A DNA stretch of 64,000 bases, from the NCBI RefSeq assembly GCF_006345805.1, contig NC_043015.1, positions 48,980,001-49,044,000 of the forward strand, written 5' to 3'. Made by a program: the position numbers and the translations under genes. Below are positions 23,238-36,323 of this stretch, in pieces. The DNA comes from Octopus sinensis. Taxonomy: Eukaryota. Positions within the stretch are counted from its first letter, which is position 1, and every line of letters begins with the position of its first letter. The notes beneath the pieces were generated by a model. It did not search any database, was not told the DNA's origin, and was given only the letters and a program-made list of their open reading frames with translations.

Positions 23238-23770
23238 ACTCTTTACTCTCTTTTTTACTCTTTTACTTGTTTCAGTCATTTGACTGCGGCCATGCTGGAG
23301 CACCGCCTTTTAGTCAAACAAATCGACCCCAGGACTTATTACTCTTTTACTCTCTTTTACTCTTTTACTTGTTTCAGTCATTTGACTGCGGCTATGCTGG
23401 AGCATCGCCTTTAATCGAGCAACTCGACCCCGGGACTTATTCTTCTTTTTAAGTCCAGTACTTATTCTATCGGTTTCTTTTGCCGAACCGCTAAGTAACG
23501 GGGACATAAACACACCAGCATCGGTTGTCAAGCAATGCTAGGGGGACAAACACAGACACACAAACACACACACACACACACGCATATATACATATACATA
23601 TATACGACGGGCTTCTTTCAGTTTCCGTCTACCAAATCCACTCACAAGGCATTGGTCGGCCCGAGGCTATAGTAGAAGACACTTGCCCAATGTGCCACGC
23701 AGTGGGACTGAACCTGGAACCATGTGGTTGGTAAGCAAGCTACTTACCACACAGCCACTCCTGCGCCTAT
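23238..23770 (-). mobile_element. SINE family A with a duplicated ~100-bp 3' end
   Basis: Tail block occurs twice, at 23238-23340 and 23340-23440. Confidence 0.92.
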
Positions 23771-24184
23771 GATTGTTTTCATCTTATATAATATTGTTTT
23801 CATGTGATATAAAGTATATGTATGTTCTGTTCAATGATTATGTCACATACAGTTTACGTGAAACTTGGGATGTCACTGTCGTAACTTCCGGTTGCTACCC
23901 TGGTTAACGTTCAGTATTTTTAGGACGATTTACTTTTTTCTATTTTACGACCGTAAACTGCATGCTAAGCCTTTTTCTTACCTTGTCAATAACTAGTGCC
24001 GCCGAGAAACAACCTTTATCCATCTCAAGACATAAAGTCGTAAAACTGATAATGAATGATCTGAGTTAACTTTGGATACTGAGGTTGCTATACGTCCATA
24101 TTTTCCAAGATTTGTCCTGGATTCAGGTGTCAAAATTTGCGTCTGGGAAGAAATTTTTTAAATACTCCAAGTCAGGAATTTCAC

Positions 24185-24245
<61 letters not shown>

Positions 24246-24371
24246 ACATACATACATAAATATATAATTGGCTTGGATCCATGCAATCCAAAGTCTAGTA
24301 GGTTCCTCGAACGAACCTATCTCGTCAGGCTTGTAAGACCGATTGAAACAAGTCCAGGAAACACACACACA

Positions 24372-24762
24372 CAGGTTCAGTTCCACTGCGTGGCACTTTG
24401 GGCAAGTATCTTCTACTATAGCCTCGGGCCGACCAAAGTCTTGTGAGTGGATTTGGTAGACGGAAACTGAAAGAAGCCTGTCGTATATATGTATATATAT
24501 GTGTGTATATGTTGTGTGTATATATGTATATATATATATGTATTTGTGTGTATATGTTTGTGTGTCTGTGTTTGTCCCCCCCAACATCGCTTGACAACCA
24601 ATGCTGGTGTGCTTACGTCCCCGTAACTTAGCGGTTCGGCAAAAGAAACCGATAGAATAAGTACTAGGCTTACAAAGAATAAGTCCTGGAGTCGATTTGC
24701 TCGACTAAAGACGGTGCTCCAACATGGCCACAGTAAAATGGCTGAAACAAGTAAAAGAGTAT
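24372..24762 (+). mobile_element. SINE family A, 5' truncated
   Basis: Matches consensus. Confidence 0.9.
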
Positions 24763-25006
24763 CAATGAAACCAAAGTTATTGCTTCCTGAGTTTATTCTA
24801 AAACTTATCTTTGTAATTTGATTTTAACTACAAAATAACAATTTTATATATTTTCTATCAATTCTTTTCGTTTTTGAGTTAGCCATGTTTAGTGTAGACC
24901 CCAACCTTTTTTGCGGACCGGTTTCATGCAAAACAATGTTTCCACATAATTATGGGTTACGCGCAAAACAGAACAAAATAAAGAGCATAATATATAATTT
25001 AATTAT

Positions 25007-25058
<52 letters not shown>

Positions 25059-25063
25059 TGCAT

Positions 25064-25237
25064 ACAGGAGTGGCTGTGTGGTAAGAAGCTTGCTTCCCAA
25101 CCACATGGTTCAAGGTTCAGTCCCACTGCATGGTACCTTGGGCAAGGGTCTTCTACAATAGCCTCGGACTGACCAATGCCTTGTGAGTGGATTTAATAGA
25201 CGGAAACTGAAAGAAGCCTGTCGTGTATATAGGTGTG

Positions 25238-25268
<31 letters not shown>

Positions 25269-25900
25269 TGTATTTGTGTGCCTGTGTTTGTCCACCCCAC
25301 CATCGCTTGACAACCAATGTTGGTGTGTTTACGTCCCAATGACTTAGCGATAGAATAAGTAGTAAGCTTACAAAGAATAAGTCTTGGGGTTGATTTGTTC
25401 GAATAAAGGCGTTGCTCCAGTATGGCCGCAGTCAAATTATTTAAAAAAAAGAATATATACATAGAGATAAATAGATAGATAGATAGGCGCAAATGTGGCT
25501 GCGTGGTAAGACGCTTGTTTCCCAACCACATGGTTCCAGGTTCAATATCACTGCATGGCGCCTTGGACAAGTATCTTCTACTATAGGCTCGGGGCGACCA
25601 AAGTGGATTTGGTAGACGGAAACTGAAAGAAGCCCGTCGTATTTGACGATTTCTATTTGTTGTGTTTTTTTACCTTTGAAATATATATATGTTTGTGTGT
25701 GGGTGAGTGTTTGCCCCTACCACTGTTTGACAGCTGGTGCTGGTGTGTTTACGTCCCCGTAGCTTAAAGGTTCGGGAAAATGACCAATAAAATAAGTACC
25801 AGACTTTAAAAAAAAAGTACCGGTGTCGATTCATTCGACTAAAAGTTTTTCAAGGCAGTACTCCAGCCTGGCCGCAGTCTGATGACTGAAACAAGTAAAA
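25064..25900 (+). mobile_element. Cluster of two SINE family A copies, the second diverged
   Basis: Heads at ~25064 and ~25487. Confidence 0.8.
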
Positions 25901-26090
25901 TATTAAATATATATAATACATATATATTACGTATATAATTCATATATAATGCAAAAACACCCAGCAGGCTGCGACAATCTATAAAACAGATGTGAGATTT
26001 TAAAATTCATTCATTATGTGCGGCCCGATACGGCTCCGCGGCTCAGTGGCTGAAGATCTTTGGTGTCAAAGTCTATCACATAGACTAGAG

Positions 26091-26294
26091 CAGTTATTTT
26101 CAAACTTTTTGCTGGAGCTGAACCCCAAGGAAACATTCCACTGGCTCGAGGAACCCCTGTGCAATAATTTAATAGTCTTTTGCACACATATCTGCACAGG
26201 AGAATTAAAAATTACTGCCGATTTTAGCAGTTTTGTAACTTCTTGCGGAACCCCTGGACTGTACTGGCGGAACCCTGGTTGAAAACCACCACTG
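26091..26294. mobile_element. hAT (Charlie-like) MITE
   Basis: CAGTTATTTTCAAAC ... GTTGAAAACCACCACTG; flanks GACTAGAG / AACTTAGAG resemble a decayed 8-bp TSD. Confidence 0.6.
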
Positions 26295-26680
26295 AACTTA
26301 GAGAGTTATATGTAGACTTCTTGCATTGTTTTGTCACCAAACGCCTGTGAACAGATCCAAGCCACGAATTACGTCGAGCAAATGAACGCCTCTCAGGGTA
26401 GTAGTTGACACATTTAAAAAAACAGTTTAATTTATTAGCTCTTGCATTTTTTTGCGCTTTAATCTATTTCTAAAAACTGTGTGAGACTATCCTCGCTTCA
26501 CTCATTTTCTCATATTCTTTCTCTCTTTTTGTTTGGTTAGTAATAATATAACTAGCTTGAGCACGCCAGCCAGAAGTGACGACAGCTATAGTAAATGACA
26601 GAAAGTGGTACGTCTGTCGGAAACAACATGAGAATACTTACACACACACGCACACACACATGCAAACACACACACACACA

Positions 26681-26745
<65 letters not shown>

Positions 26746-28189
26746 CACACACACAGTATTGCAGAGTGTGAACAATCGAATATGCAGTTTATGTCCATGA
26801 ACTTTCCCTTAGAAATCTTTTAGTACAAAACTCGTGCGTGAATGTGTGTATGTTGTGTGTGTGTGTGTGGTGTGTGTGTGTGTGTGGTGTGTGTTTGTGT
26901 GTGGGAGAGAGAGAGAGAGAAAAGTGGGGGAGAGGGAAAGATTGTTCGTGTATGTGTGTGCACGAATGAAATTTTGATTTCAAATTTTGACGCAAGGTCA
27001 GCCATTTCGGTGGAGAAAGTAAATTGATTACATCGACCTCCAGAATTCAGCAGATACCGTAAATCCTCGTGTATAATCCGCATTTCCCCCCCAAAATTTT
27101 ATGGTCAAAATCCCTAGTGCGTACTATATACGAGGTTAAAAATGACAAATATTTTCTAAGCAATGTTCGAGTCTCTATTTGCTGTCCGGCAATGTTTATT
27201 CAGACACATTTTGTGATGTCGGGTGCGAAAATAGCTTAAGCTAAGCCTGAAAGCAATGAAGTCATAAAAGAATCGTCCATAACTTGCAGTAAGCAACATT
27301 TATTAAAATAAAAGTATTCAGGACACAGAATAACATGTAACGAAAACAATTTGCAAATATATTTACATTCCCATATAACAGTTAAGAACATCACCATTAT
27401 TGTATTACGCATGCGCAGAAGTATTTGTTCGACTAGGTGTTGGTGGCTTAATTACGCAAGACTCAAGTTAGAGAAGTGGTGCATGTCAGGATTGGACAAA
27501 CAAAATGAAAATGCGTCTAGTTTTAAGAACACTAGCGACATCAGAGCATGAGAAGTATAGTTTATATTGCCAAAAAAGCGTCCATCATAATAAATTTCAC
27601 CGACACAGTTGACATTTTGTGCAAAATGTTTAAGTAAAAGAGACCACTTGTGTATATATAATACTAGATAGAAATGTTTAAGCATAGAAAAAAGCGAAGA
27701 GGAAGACTTCACTACTTATACAAGTAGAATCAACAAAGAATGTGAGAAATTTAGGCTGGATATGCTTACTCCAGATTCTTTAAAGTGTTTGATTTTTGCA
27801 CAAGGATTGACAGATAAAAAGGATGCAGAAACTCGAATGAAAATTCAAGCAAAATTGGAAATGAACCGAATTTGACATTGCAAAAATTGTCAGAAGATTG
27901 TGACAAGTTATTAAAATTAAGGCATGACACGGAAAACAATTCAACAGAAAGAGTGTTTTCATATAAGACCAGTGCAAAAGAAGTCGGAAGACAAATAAAT
28001 TGCTGCGGGAAAAACAGAAATAATATCGAGATGTAGACACATGTATGGAATGTGGTGGGATGCACGTGAAAAAGAGATTGTATAAAAAAGCAAAGTGTTT
28101 TCGCTGCGGGTTTACAGGACATATAAAATCGCACTGCAAAACTAGAATGATAGGAAAATGGAACAAAAAAAGAGAAAAAAAAATACATA

Positions 28190-28580
28190 GGGGCAGGAGT
28201 GGCTGTGTGGTAAGTAGCTTGTTTACCAACCAAATGGTTCCGGGTTCAGTCCCACTGCATGGCACCTTGGGCAAGTGTCTTCTACTATAGCCTCGGGCCG
28301 ACCAAAGCCTTGTGAGTGGATTTGGTAGACGGAAACTGAAAGAAGCCCGTCGTATATATGTATATATATGCGTGTGTGTCTTTGTCCCCCTAGCATTGCT
28401 TGACAACCGATGCTGGTGTGTTTATGTCCCCGTTACTTAGCGGTTCGGCAAAAGTGACCGATAGAATAAGTACTAGGCTTACAAAAAGAATAAGTCCCGC
28501 GGTCGAGCTGCTCGATTAAAGGCGGTGCTCCAGCATGGCCGCAGTCAAATGACTGAAACAAGTAAAAGAGTAAAAGAGTA
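28190..28580 (+). mobile_element. SINE family A inside the Gypsy relic
   Basis: Matches consensus. Confidence 0.92.
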
Positions 28581-28705
28581 TAGTCTGTCAGCATGAAAAG
28601 TCGTGACTACAACAAACAGAAAATTCGTGAATGTGGGAAGTGAAACTAGTGTCAGAATGCAATTAGACACAGGAAGTGACATCACAATCATAAATGGGTA
28701 AACAT

Positions 28706-28877
28706 AGGCGCAGGAGTGGCTGTGTGGTAAGTAGCTTGCTTACCAACCACATGGTTCCGGGTTCAGTCCCACTGCGTGGCATCTTGGGCAAGAGTCTTCT
28801 GTTATAGCCTCGGGCCGACCAATGCATTGTGAATGGATTTGGTAGACGGAAACTGAAAGAAGCATGTCGTATATATA

Positions 28878-28963
<86 letters not shown>

Positions 28964-29190
28964 GTGTATATGTTTGTGTGTCTGTGTTTGTCCCCCTAGC
29001 ATCGCTTGACAACCGATACTGGTGTGTTTACGTCCCCGTAACTTAGCGGTTCGGCAAAAGGGACCGATAGAATAAGTACTAGGCTTACAAAAAATAAGTC
29101 CCGGGGTCGATTTGCTCGACTTAAAGGCGGTGCTCCAGCATGGCCGCAGTCAAATGACTGAAACAAGTAAAAGAAAGTAAAAGAAAAGTA
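28706..29190 (+). mobile_element. SINE family A inside the Gypsy protease region
   Basis: Matches consensus; the protease frame resumes after it. Confidence 0.92.
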
Positions 29191-29686
29191 ATAGGAACAA
29201 ATGGTTAAACCAAAATTATGTAGTTCAAAGAAAATGGCGTATGATGTTACGGGAAGAAAATTATATTATACAGGCGTTTGTAAAATAATGTTCAAAGGTC
29301 GAACCAAAAAAGTGAACGTTTATGTGTTGAAAAATAATCAATGAATTTATTTGGCGGGATATATTCATAAGCGTTTTGTGCAATAACGTAAGCGGAGCAG
29401 TCAAACAATCGAACGAGATCGATGAACTGAGACAAAAAAGGAAAGAAACTTTTCCCCAAAGGTTTTTTTCGGAAGGTTTAGGCTGTTGCGCAAAAACAAA
29501 AGCAAAGATTGCTATCAAAAAAATTCAGCACGTATTTTCAAGCCCAAACGGAACGTGCCGTTTGCGACGACGGTAGACTAGGTCAATAAAGAACTAGAAA
29601 GGTTGGAAAGCCTGAATATAATTGAAATGATTGTCCATGTAGACTGGGCAGCACCGGCGGTCTACATAAAAATAAATAATAAATAA

Positions 29687-30082
29687 AAGAGTGGCTGTGT
29701 GGTAAGTAGCTTGCTTACCAACCACATGGTTCCGGGTTCAGTCCCACTGCGTGGCACCTTGGGCATGTGTCTTCTACTATAGCCTCGGGCCGACCAAAGC
29801 CTTGTGAGTGGATTTGGTAGACGGAAACTGAAAGAAGCCCGTCATATATATGTATATATATATACGTGTGTGTGTGTGTGTGTGTGTTTGTCCCCCCAAC
29901 ATCGTTTGACAGCCGATGCTTGTGTGTTTACGTCCCCGTCCGTAACTTAGCGGTTCGGCAAAAGAGACCGATAGAATAAGTACTAGGCTTAGAAAGAATA
30001 AGTCCTGTGGTCGATTTGCTCGACTAAAAGCGGTGCTCCAACACGGCCGCAGTCAAATGACTGAAACAAGTAAATGAGTAAA
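29687..30082 (+). mobile_element. SINE family A at the end of the Gypsy relic
   Basis: Matches consensus. Confidence 0.92.
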
Positions 30083-30247
30083 TAAAACACTTCGATGGAA
30101 ATATTTTTCGTGTTAATTCAAATAACAAAGGAAAATATTAAAATAAACTAAAAAAAAAACCCCGACCGAATTTATCTGACAATCCAAAGTTAAAAACTGG
30201 TGTGATAAAGGACTTGGCAACCAATTCGGTTTATGAAAATTATTTTA

Positions 30248-30498
30248 TTGAGCTGTCCAGAAAGTTCGTGCCGATTTTTAAAGGAAAGAAAAAAGTCAAT
30301 AAATTGAAATTTTTTACCATTAAGACTATTCTGCAGAGACCTGAATAACTGTGCTCTAAATAGAGGTGTAGTCAAATCCTATTTTATGGACTCAACCATG
30401 TTCTTAGAACATGGTTGAGTCCATAAATTAGGATTTGACTACTATAAGTCGAGAGATAAGCTACTTATAAATCGGCACGAACTTTCCGGACAACCTAA
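30248..30498. mobile_element. Mariner deletion derivative, same family as 11297-11839
   Basis: TA-flanked TIRs; 75-bp internal palindrome at 30368-30442. Confidence 0.9.
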
Positions 30499-30578
30499 TA
30501 ATTCTGCAAAAGTACTTTGAAAAAGTTCGTGTTTGTTACTTGTAATTGCGACCGATGAACAAGCTTTTGCGTGTGTGA

Positions 30579-30661
<83 letters not shown>

Positions 30662-30987
30662 CGTGAGTGCGTGCACGTTGTCTTGTCTATGTGTTTGAGT
30701 TTGTGCGTGTTTTCTAAGTGTTTCTTCCAGTACTGGCGTTATTTTATTTTATTTATTTTTCGTCTATCGTCCACCAATGGAAAAAAGTTTATTTTCCACA
30801 TTGATAAAGAGGAAAAAAAAAAAGAAAGATTCTTCTATTTTGAAGTTTTCAGGTCCGAGAAATTTATTGAAACTTATTTTAAGCAAAGGGGTTTGTACAT
30901 TATTGGAAACATTTTATTGCAACAGTATTTCGCAAAAATCTCAGGACGCACAAACAGATTTTCTAATGTTTGTATTTGAACAATGTT

Positions 30988-31590
30988 TAAGGCGGCGAGC
31001 TGGCAGAATCGTTAGCACGCCGGGCGAAATGCTGAGCGACATTTCGTCTGTCGCTACGTTCTGAGTTCAAATTTCACCGAGGTCGACTTTGCCTTTCATC
31101 CTTTCAGGGTCGATTAAATAAGTACCAGTTACGCACTGGGGTCGATATAATCGAGTTAATCCGTGTGTGTGTCCTTGTTTGTCCTCTCTGTGTTTAGCCC
31201 CTTGTGGGTACTAAAGAAATAGGTATTTCGTCTGCTGTTACGTTCTGAGTTCAAATTCCGCCGAGGTCGACTTTGCCTTTCATCCTTTCGGAGTCGATAA
31301 ATTAAGTACCAGTTACGCACTGGGGTCGATGTAATCGACTTAATCCGTTTGTCTGTCCTTGTTTGTCCCCTCTATGTTTAGCCCCTTGTGGGTACTAAAG
31401 AAACAGGTATTTCGTCTGCTGTTACGTTCTGAGTTCAAATTCCGCCGAGGTCGACTTTGCCTTTCATCCTTTCGGGATCGATAAATTAAGTACCAGGTGC
31501 GTACTGGGGTCGATTTAATCGACTTAATTCGTTTGTCTTTCATTGTTTGTCCCCTCTATGTTTAGATCCTTGTGGGCAATAAAGAAATAA
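30988..31590 (+). mobile_element. SINE family B trimer
   Basis: One head, three bodies joined at AAAGAAA(T/C)A|GGTATTTCG. Confidence 0.92.
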
Positions 31591-31816
31591 GAACCATTAG
31601 TATACCAGACTAGCTGCGTGACGGCATTTCTTCCGGCTTTCCGTTTTGAGTTCAAATTCCGCCGAGGTAGATTTTTGCCCTTCGTCTTTTCGGAGGTCGA
31701 TAAAATATATACCAGTTGAATAATGAGGTCGATTTTATCGACTTGTCTCCTTCCCGAAATTGCTGACTTTGTAGGAAAATTTGAAAGAGTATTATAATAA
31801 TATTTATAATATTTTA

Positions 31817-31977
31817 CAGGAGTGGCTGTGTGGTAAGTAGCTTGCTAACCAACCACATTGTTCCGGGTTCAGTCCCACTGCGTGGCATCTTGGGCAAGTG
31901 TCTTCTGCTATAGCCCCGGGCCGACCAATGCCTTGTGAGTGGATTTGGTAGGCGGAAACTGAAAGGAGCCTGTCGTA

Positions 31978-32022
<45 letters not shown>

Positions 32023-32225
32023 TTGTGTGTCTGTGTTTGTCCCCCCAACATCGCTTGACAACCGATGCTGGTGTGTTTATGTCCCCGTTACTTAGCGGTT
32101 CGGCAAAAAGAGTCCGATAGAATAAGTACTAGGCTTACAAAGAATAAGTCCCGGGGTCGATTTGCTCGATTAAAGGCGGTGCTCCAGCATGGCCGCAGTC
32201 AAATGACTGAAACAAGTAAAGAAAA
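31817..32225 (+). mobile_element. SINE family A
   Basis: Matches consensus. Confidence 0.92.
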
Positions 32226-32943
32226 AAGAATATTAATCCATCGTGTATAAATACGTAATATATTAAACGTATTAACACAGAACTAAACCAAGGCTTTGTC
32301 TGACAGTAACAGCAGTTAGACTAAAATAATCACTCACTTATATTAGAAAAACAGCTGACTCTGAGTGAGTAGCATCAAGTCCAGCCAGAAAGTTGTTGCA
32401 TATACTTATTTCTTGATCTGTTTACATCGAAATTCTATCCCTCGTTTTACTGTATAAAGTTCAACATTTGTTATTTTAGACAAGATAATTTTTACCCTTT
32501 TCACACATTCCTAATTATTTCACACTATTTACAAACGGTATATTTTGTCATCTGAGCATGACATTTATTTTATAAAAACCATGATCAAATTTACCGTATT
32601 ATGTTATAATAGAAGATATTTTAATACAACTAAACTACAAACATCTTGGTACCATTTGCTTTCGTTTACAAGACATTTTCTTTGTTCCTTTTCTGCTATT
32701 TGATCTCCGTACACATAAGCAATTCTAAGTAGGTGTTAAAGACATATTTGAAGCTTTATGTTGCATAAATGATTTGAAATAAAACGTCTGATGTATGCTT
32801 TATTATCTTTGTTAAAAAATAGGCTGTTTACTGGGAATTTAGCTGTTAACAGATAACATTCGTGTTCTAGTTAGAAATCTGCTGCAACAATGTAAAATGA
32901 CAATATATTTATTTATTTTTATCTTTCGTCGTACTAAATACAG

Positions 32944-32984
32944 TAGTCTTGTCCTCGTGTTTCATCTGTGACTACAAGGTCATG
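32944..32984 (+). CDS. Possible 41-nt exon (VLSSCFICDYKVM)
   Basis: TACTAAATACAG acceptor, ATG|GTAAGA donor; phase 1->0. Confidence 0.25.
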
Positions 32985-33037
32985 GTAAGAACAACATCAA
33001 CGACGATTACAGCGACAACAACGACACCAACAACAGC

Positions 33038-33678
33038 GGATCTTTACCTTTTGACCGCCTCAATTACGCTAAGAGTAAAAGATGTTTTACAGCGATCCCT
33101 CGTTTATCGCGGTAGATTGGTTCCAAGACCGGCCGCGATAACTGGATTTCAGCGAACTAGGGACACCATATTTACAGTATTTATTTAACGGGTATTTGGA
33201 CTTTTAAAACCCTCCCTGTACTGTTAACAACCCACCCATTACAGTAGTCTATTAATAACAAGGACAACTGTTAAGCAATAATACTCTAGATTTAAAAAAA
33301 TAAAGATTGTTACTGTTACACAGGCCAGATTACAAAATAGAAAGCTGTGATTAGTCGTCTCTCTCTCCATTGCACCAATCACAGCCCGTCTTAAGTTCAA
33401 ATACCCCTGTATATGCTTTTTTGCGATTTTACGCTTGTTTTGTTGTTCCTAGACTAGGAAATAACATTTATTATTAATATTTCAATGGATTTAATGAAAA
33501 ATTTTAGGTGTCATATATATATATATATTTAAATCCGCGAAGTCGTGAATCCGTGATAGTTGAACCGCGAAGTAGCGAGGGATCACTGTATATGACACGT
33601 TCTACATGTGTCCGAAGTTAGAAAGTGTTTAGTTACAAAAAATTACTTTTTAATCTGTCGGTCAAAAGGTAAAGATCC
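33038..33678. mobile_element. GGATCT-ended MITE (Merlin-like), deleted left arm, with a nested insertion
   Basis: TIRs GGATCTTTACCTTTTGACCG / CGGTCAAAAGGTAAAGATCC. Confidence 0.9.
33090..33588. mobile_element. pogo/Tigger-like MITE nested in the 33038 element
   Basis: TA|CAGCGATCCCTCG ... CGAGGGATCACTG|TA; removing it restores GATGTTTTATATGACAC, matching the sister element. Confidence 0.92.
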
Positions 33679-33794
33679 TATAATTTAACATTTATGGTGA
33701 GTGATGAAATTACTTCTAATTCATTTAAGTAAGAATATAACTAATCCTTACTTAACGTAGACATTTACTAATTCACGTCCACGGTTGCTGTTGT

Positions 33795-34393
33795 GGATCT
33801 TTACCTTTTGACCGACAGATTTAAAAAATAATTTTTTGTAACTAGACACTTTCAAACTTCGGACATGGTAGAATGTGTCATATAAAACATGTTTTACTCT
33901 TAGCGTTTTTGAGAAAAGCTTATAATTACGAAGTTATTTCACGTTAAAGTTGTCCTATTTCGGTAATTTCAACCAATCAATGACGTGTATTCAGCTGAAT
34001 GAAATTACTGCTGTTGTTTGTCAACAACAACTATCGGCGGGGTATTTTTTGTTTGTCACTGTTATTTATGACATCATTCGTGCGTTTGTAACTGGTTTTA
34101 GGGTTAGGGTTGTCATAAATAACAGTGACAAACGAAATATACACCGCCGGAAGCTCTTGATGACAAACAACAGCAGTAACCTTATTCAGCTGAATACACG
34201 TCATTGATTGGTTGAAATTACCGAAATAGGACTACTTTAACGTGAAATAACTTCGTAAATATAAGTTTTTTTCTCGAAAATACTAAGAGTAAAAGATATT
34301 TTATATGACACATTCTACCAGTGTCCGAAGTTTGAAAGTGTTTAGTTACGAAAAAATTATTTTAAAAATCTGCCGGTCAAATGGTAAAGATCC
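33795..34393. mobile_element. ~600-bp foldback GGATCT-ended MITE (Merlin-like)
   Basis: Two long near-perfect inverted arms covering most of the element; shares internal blocks with the 415-bp family. Confidence 0.93.
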
Positions 34394-34701
34394 AAATTAT
34401 AACTTACAAAACAAAATAATTCGAATAAGCAACTAGGAGTATTTAATTGGGAGTTAAAATCTCAAATAAAGCACAAGCATACCTCAGTTTCGTTTCTTGT
34501 TACGCTTTTTTCGATTTTGTGTCGTTTTGTTTCTTTTCTTTACGAAATAAACCTGAACTTCAGTCGATTTACGTCGTCTCAGCGGACATATTTAAAAGCA
34601 TAAGCATTTAAAAAAAGAAAATACCCCAAAAACCAATACTGAAGGGGAAAACTAAAAATGAAATACTTGTGAAAATATGTACAATCTATTGAATAGATAT
34701 A

Positions 34702-34959
34702 TGGGGGCCCGTGGCTTAGTGGTTAGGGTGTCAGCATCATGATCATAAGATTGTGGTTTCGATTCCTGGAGCGGGTGACGCGTTGTGTTCTTGAGCAAAA
34801 CACTTCATTTCACGTTGCTCCAATCCACTCAGCTGGCAAAAATGAGTAACGCTGCGATGGACTGGCGTCCAGTCCACCTGGGGAACACATACGCCATAGA
34901 AACCGGGAAACCGGACCCATGAGCCTGGTTAGGCTTTAAAAAGGGCGCATTTATTTATT
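34702..34959 (+). mobile_element. SINE family D, full length, 15-bp TSD
   Basis: tRNA-like head, (TTTA)n tail, TSD TATTGAATAGATATA at 34687-34701 and 34960-34974. Confidence 0.92.
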
Positions 34960-35173
34960 TATTGAATAGATATAAGACAATTGTTTTAAAATGATTTTTC
35001 GTGTTACGTTGTTTTTCGAGTTAAGTCGCATTTCTTGTAACCAATTACGGACGTAAGTTGAGGTATGCTGGTAACATCAAACATTAAATATTTAAATGTT
35101 TGAAAATATCACGACAGGGTAGAAATAAAAAGGAAAATGCTAAATTTTGCTATTGAAGTTAGAGGTCCTAATA

Positions 35174-35590
35174 CAGCCATTGGCAAACTGCGACCCGCGG
35201 GACTTTTTCAATGGCACGTCAAACGAAAAATTACCTATTTCTTTATTACCCACAAGCGGCTAAAACATAGAGGGGACAAACAAGGACAGACATAGGTATT
35301 AAGTCGATTACATCGACCCCAGTGCGTAACTGGTACTTAATTTATCGATCCCGAAAGGATGAAAGGTAAAGTCGACCTCGGCGGAATTTGAACTCACAAC
35401 GTAACGTCAGACGAAATACGGCTACGCATTTCGCCCGGAGTGCTAACGTCTCTGCCAGCTCCCCGCCTTCGTATTTTTCAAACGAAAAATTACCTTGAAA
35501 TTTTTGTGATAGGTGCAGTATTATACTAGATGATATGACATGTCCTATGTGACCTGATTCTCAAAAAAAAAAGGGGCTGCCCATCCCTGC
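35174..35590. mobile_element. hAT-like MITE interrupted by SINE B (35237-35470, minus strand, 18-bp TSD)
   Basis: CAGCCATTGGCAAACTGCGACCCG ... CTGCCCATCCCTG; SINE TSD TCAAACGAAAAATTACCT at 35219-35236 and 35478-35495. Confidence 0.75.
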
Positions 35591-36216
35591 AAAGTTCAAT
35601 GAAAGGTAAATTTTTGTGAATAGTGCAGTACACTAGATGATATAACGTGTCCTATGTGACCTGATTCTCAAAAAAAAAAGGGGGGCTGCCCATCCCTGCA
35701 AAGTTCAATGAAAGGTAATGGTATTTATCTTTTGACGATTAATTGCAAAAAATGAGTGACATTTAGGGGTGTCACGTTGAAAATTGTGAACTATATCCAT
35801 GTACACAAGGTACAGAAAATAACTAACCTATATAATTGCATTTGGTTAAAATAATAGATTTGGGGCTTTCACAGTGAAGCCTGTTTTCCCCATATGTTTC
35901 TATTATTCATTTTTCCTGATTCATTTAACACGGTATATTTTGGGGGAAACCAAACACTTGCGATAAAGAGGGATAGATGTATTTTATGTTATAGACCCTG
36001 GAAGAATGAGAAGCAAAGTTTATTTCTGCGACTTTTGATCTGGAAGAAATGTCACTAAGAATTGTCACTGACATACCATTCACTAAGCATCGCCACTAAA
36101 ATGCCACTGAAGAAATGCCAGTAAACCTCCGGAAGAAATACCACTTAGAAATGCCACTGAAAGCGTATTCCCAAGGAATAAATTTATTGTTTTTAAGTGT
36201 TTTCCTATTCTTATAG

Positions 36217-36323
36217 TTAACATATGATTCCCTCATCGCTAATAAGTCTGTTGAAGTCTATAAAACCAAGACATGTCTCTGGAGTTGTTTGTATAAGTGC
36301 CGGGAACGAAATTTGATTTCGAG
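36217..36323 (+). CDS. Candidate 107-nt exon (LTYDSLIANKSVEVYKTKTCLWSCLYKCRERNLISR)
   Basis: Acceptor GTTTTCCTATTCTTATAG, donor GAG|GTGAGA just before the frame would stop; phase 0->2. A second strong donor lies at 36418|GTAAGT. Confidence 0.5.

Larger units (their letters stand above)
27450..29690 (+). mobile_element. Ty3/Gypsy gag-protease-RT relic interrupted by SINEs
   Basis: KCLIFAQGLTDKKDAE (gag), CFRCGFTGHIKSHC (CCHC knuckle), MQLDTGSDITII (aspartic protease), FKPKRNVPFA..ELERLESLNII..DWAAPAVYIK (RT start); many stops and frameshifts. Confidence 0.9.
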
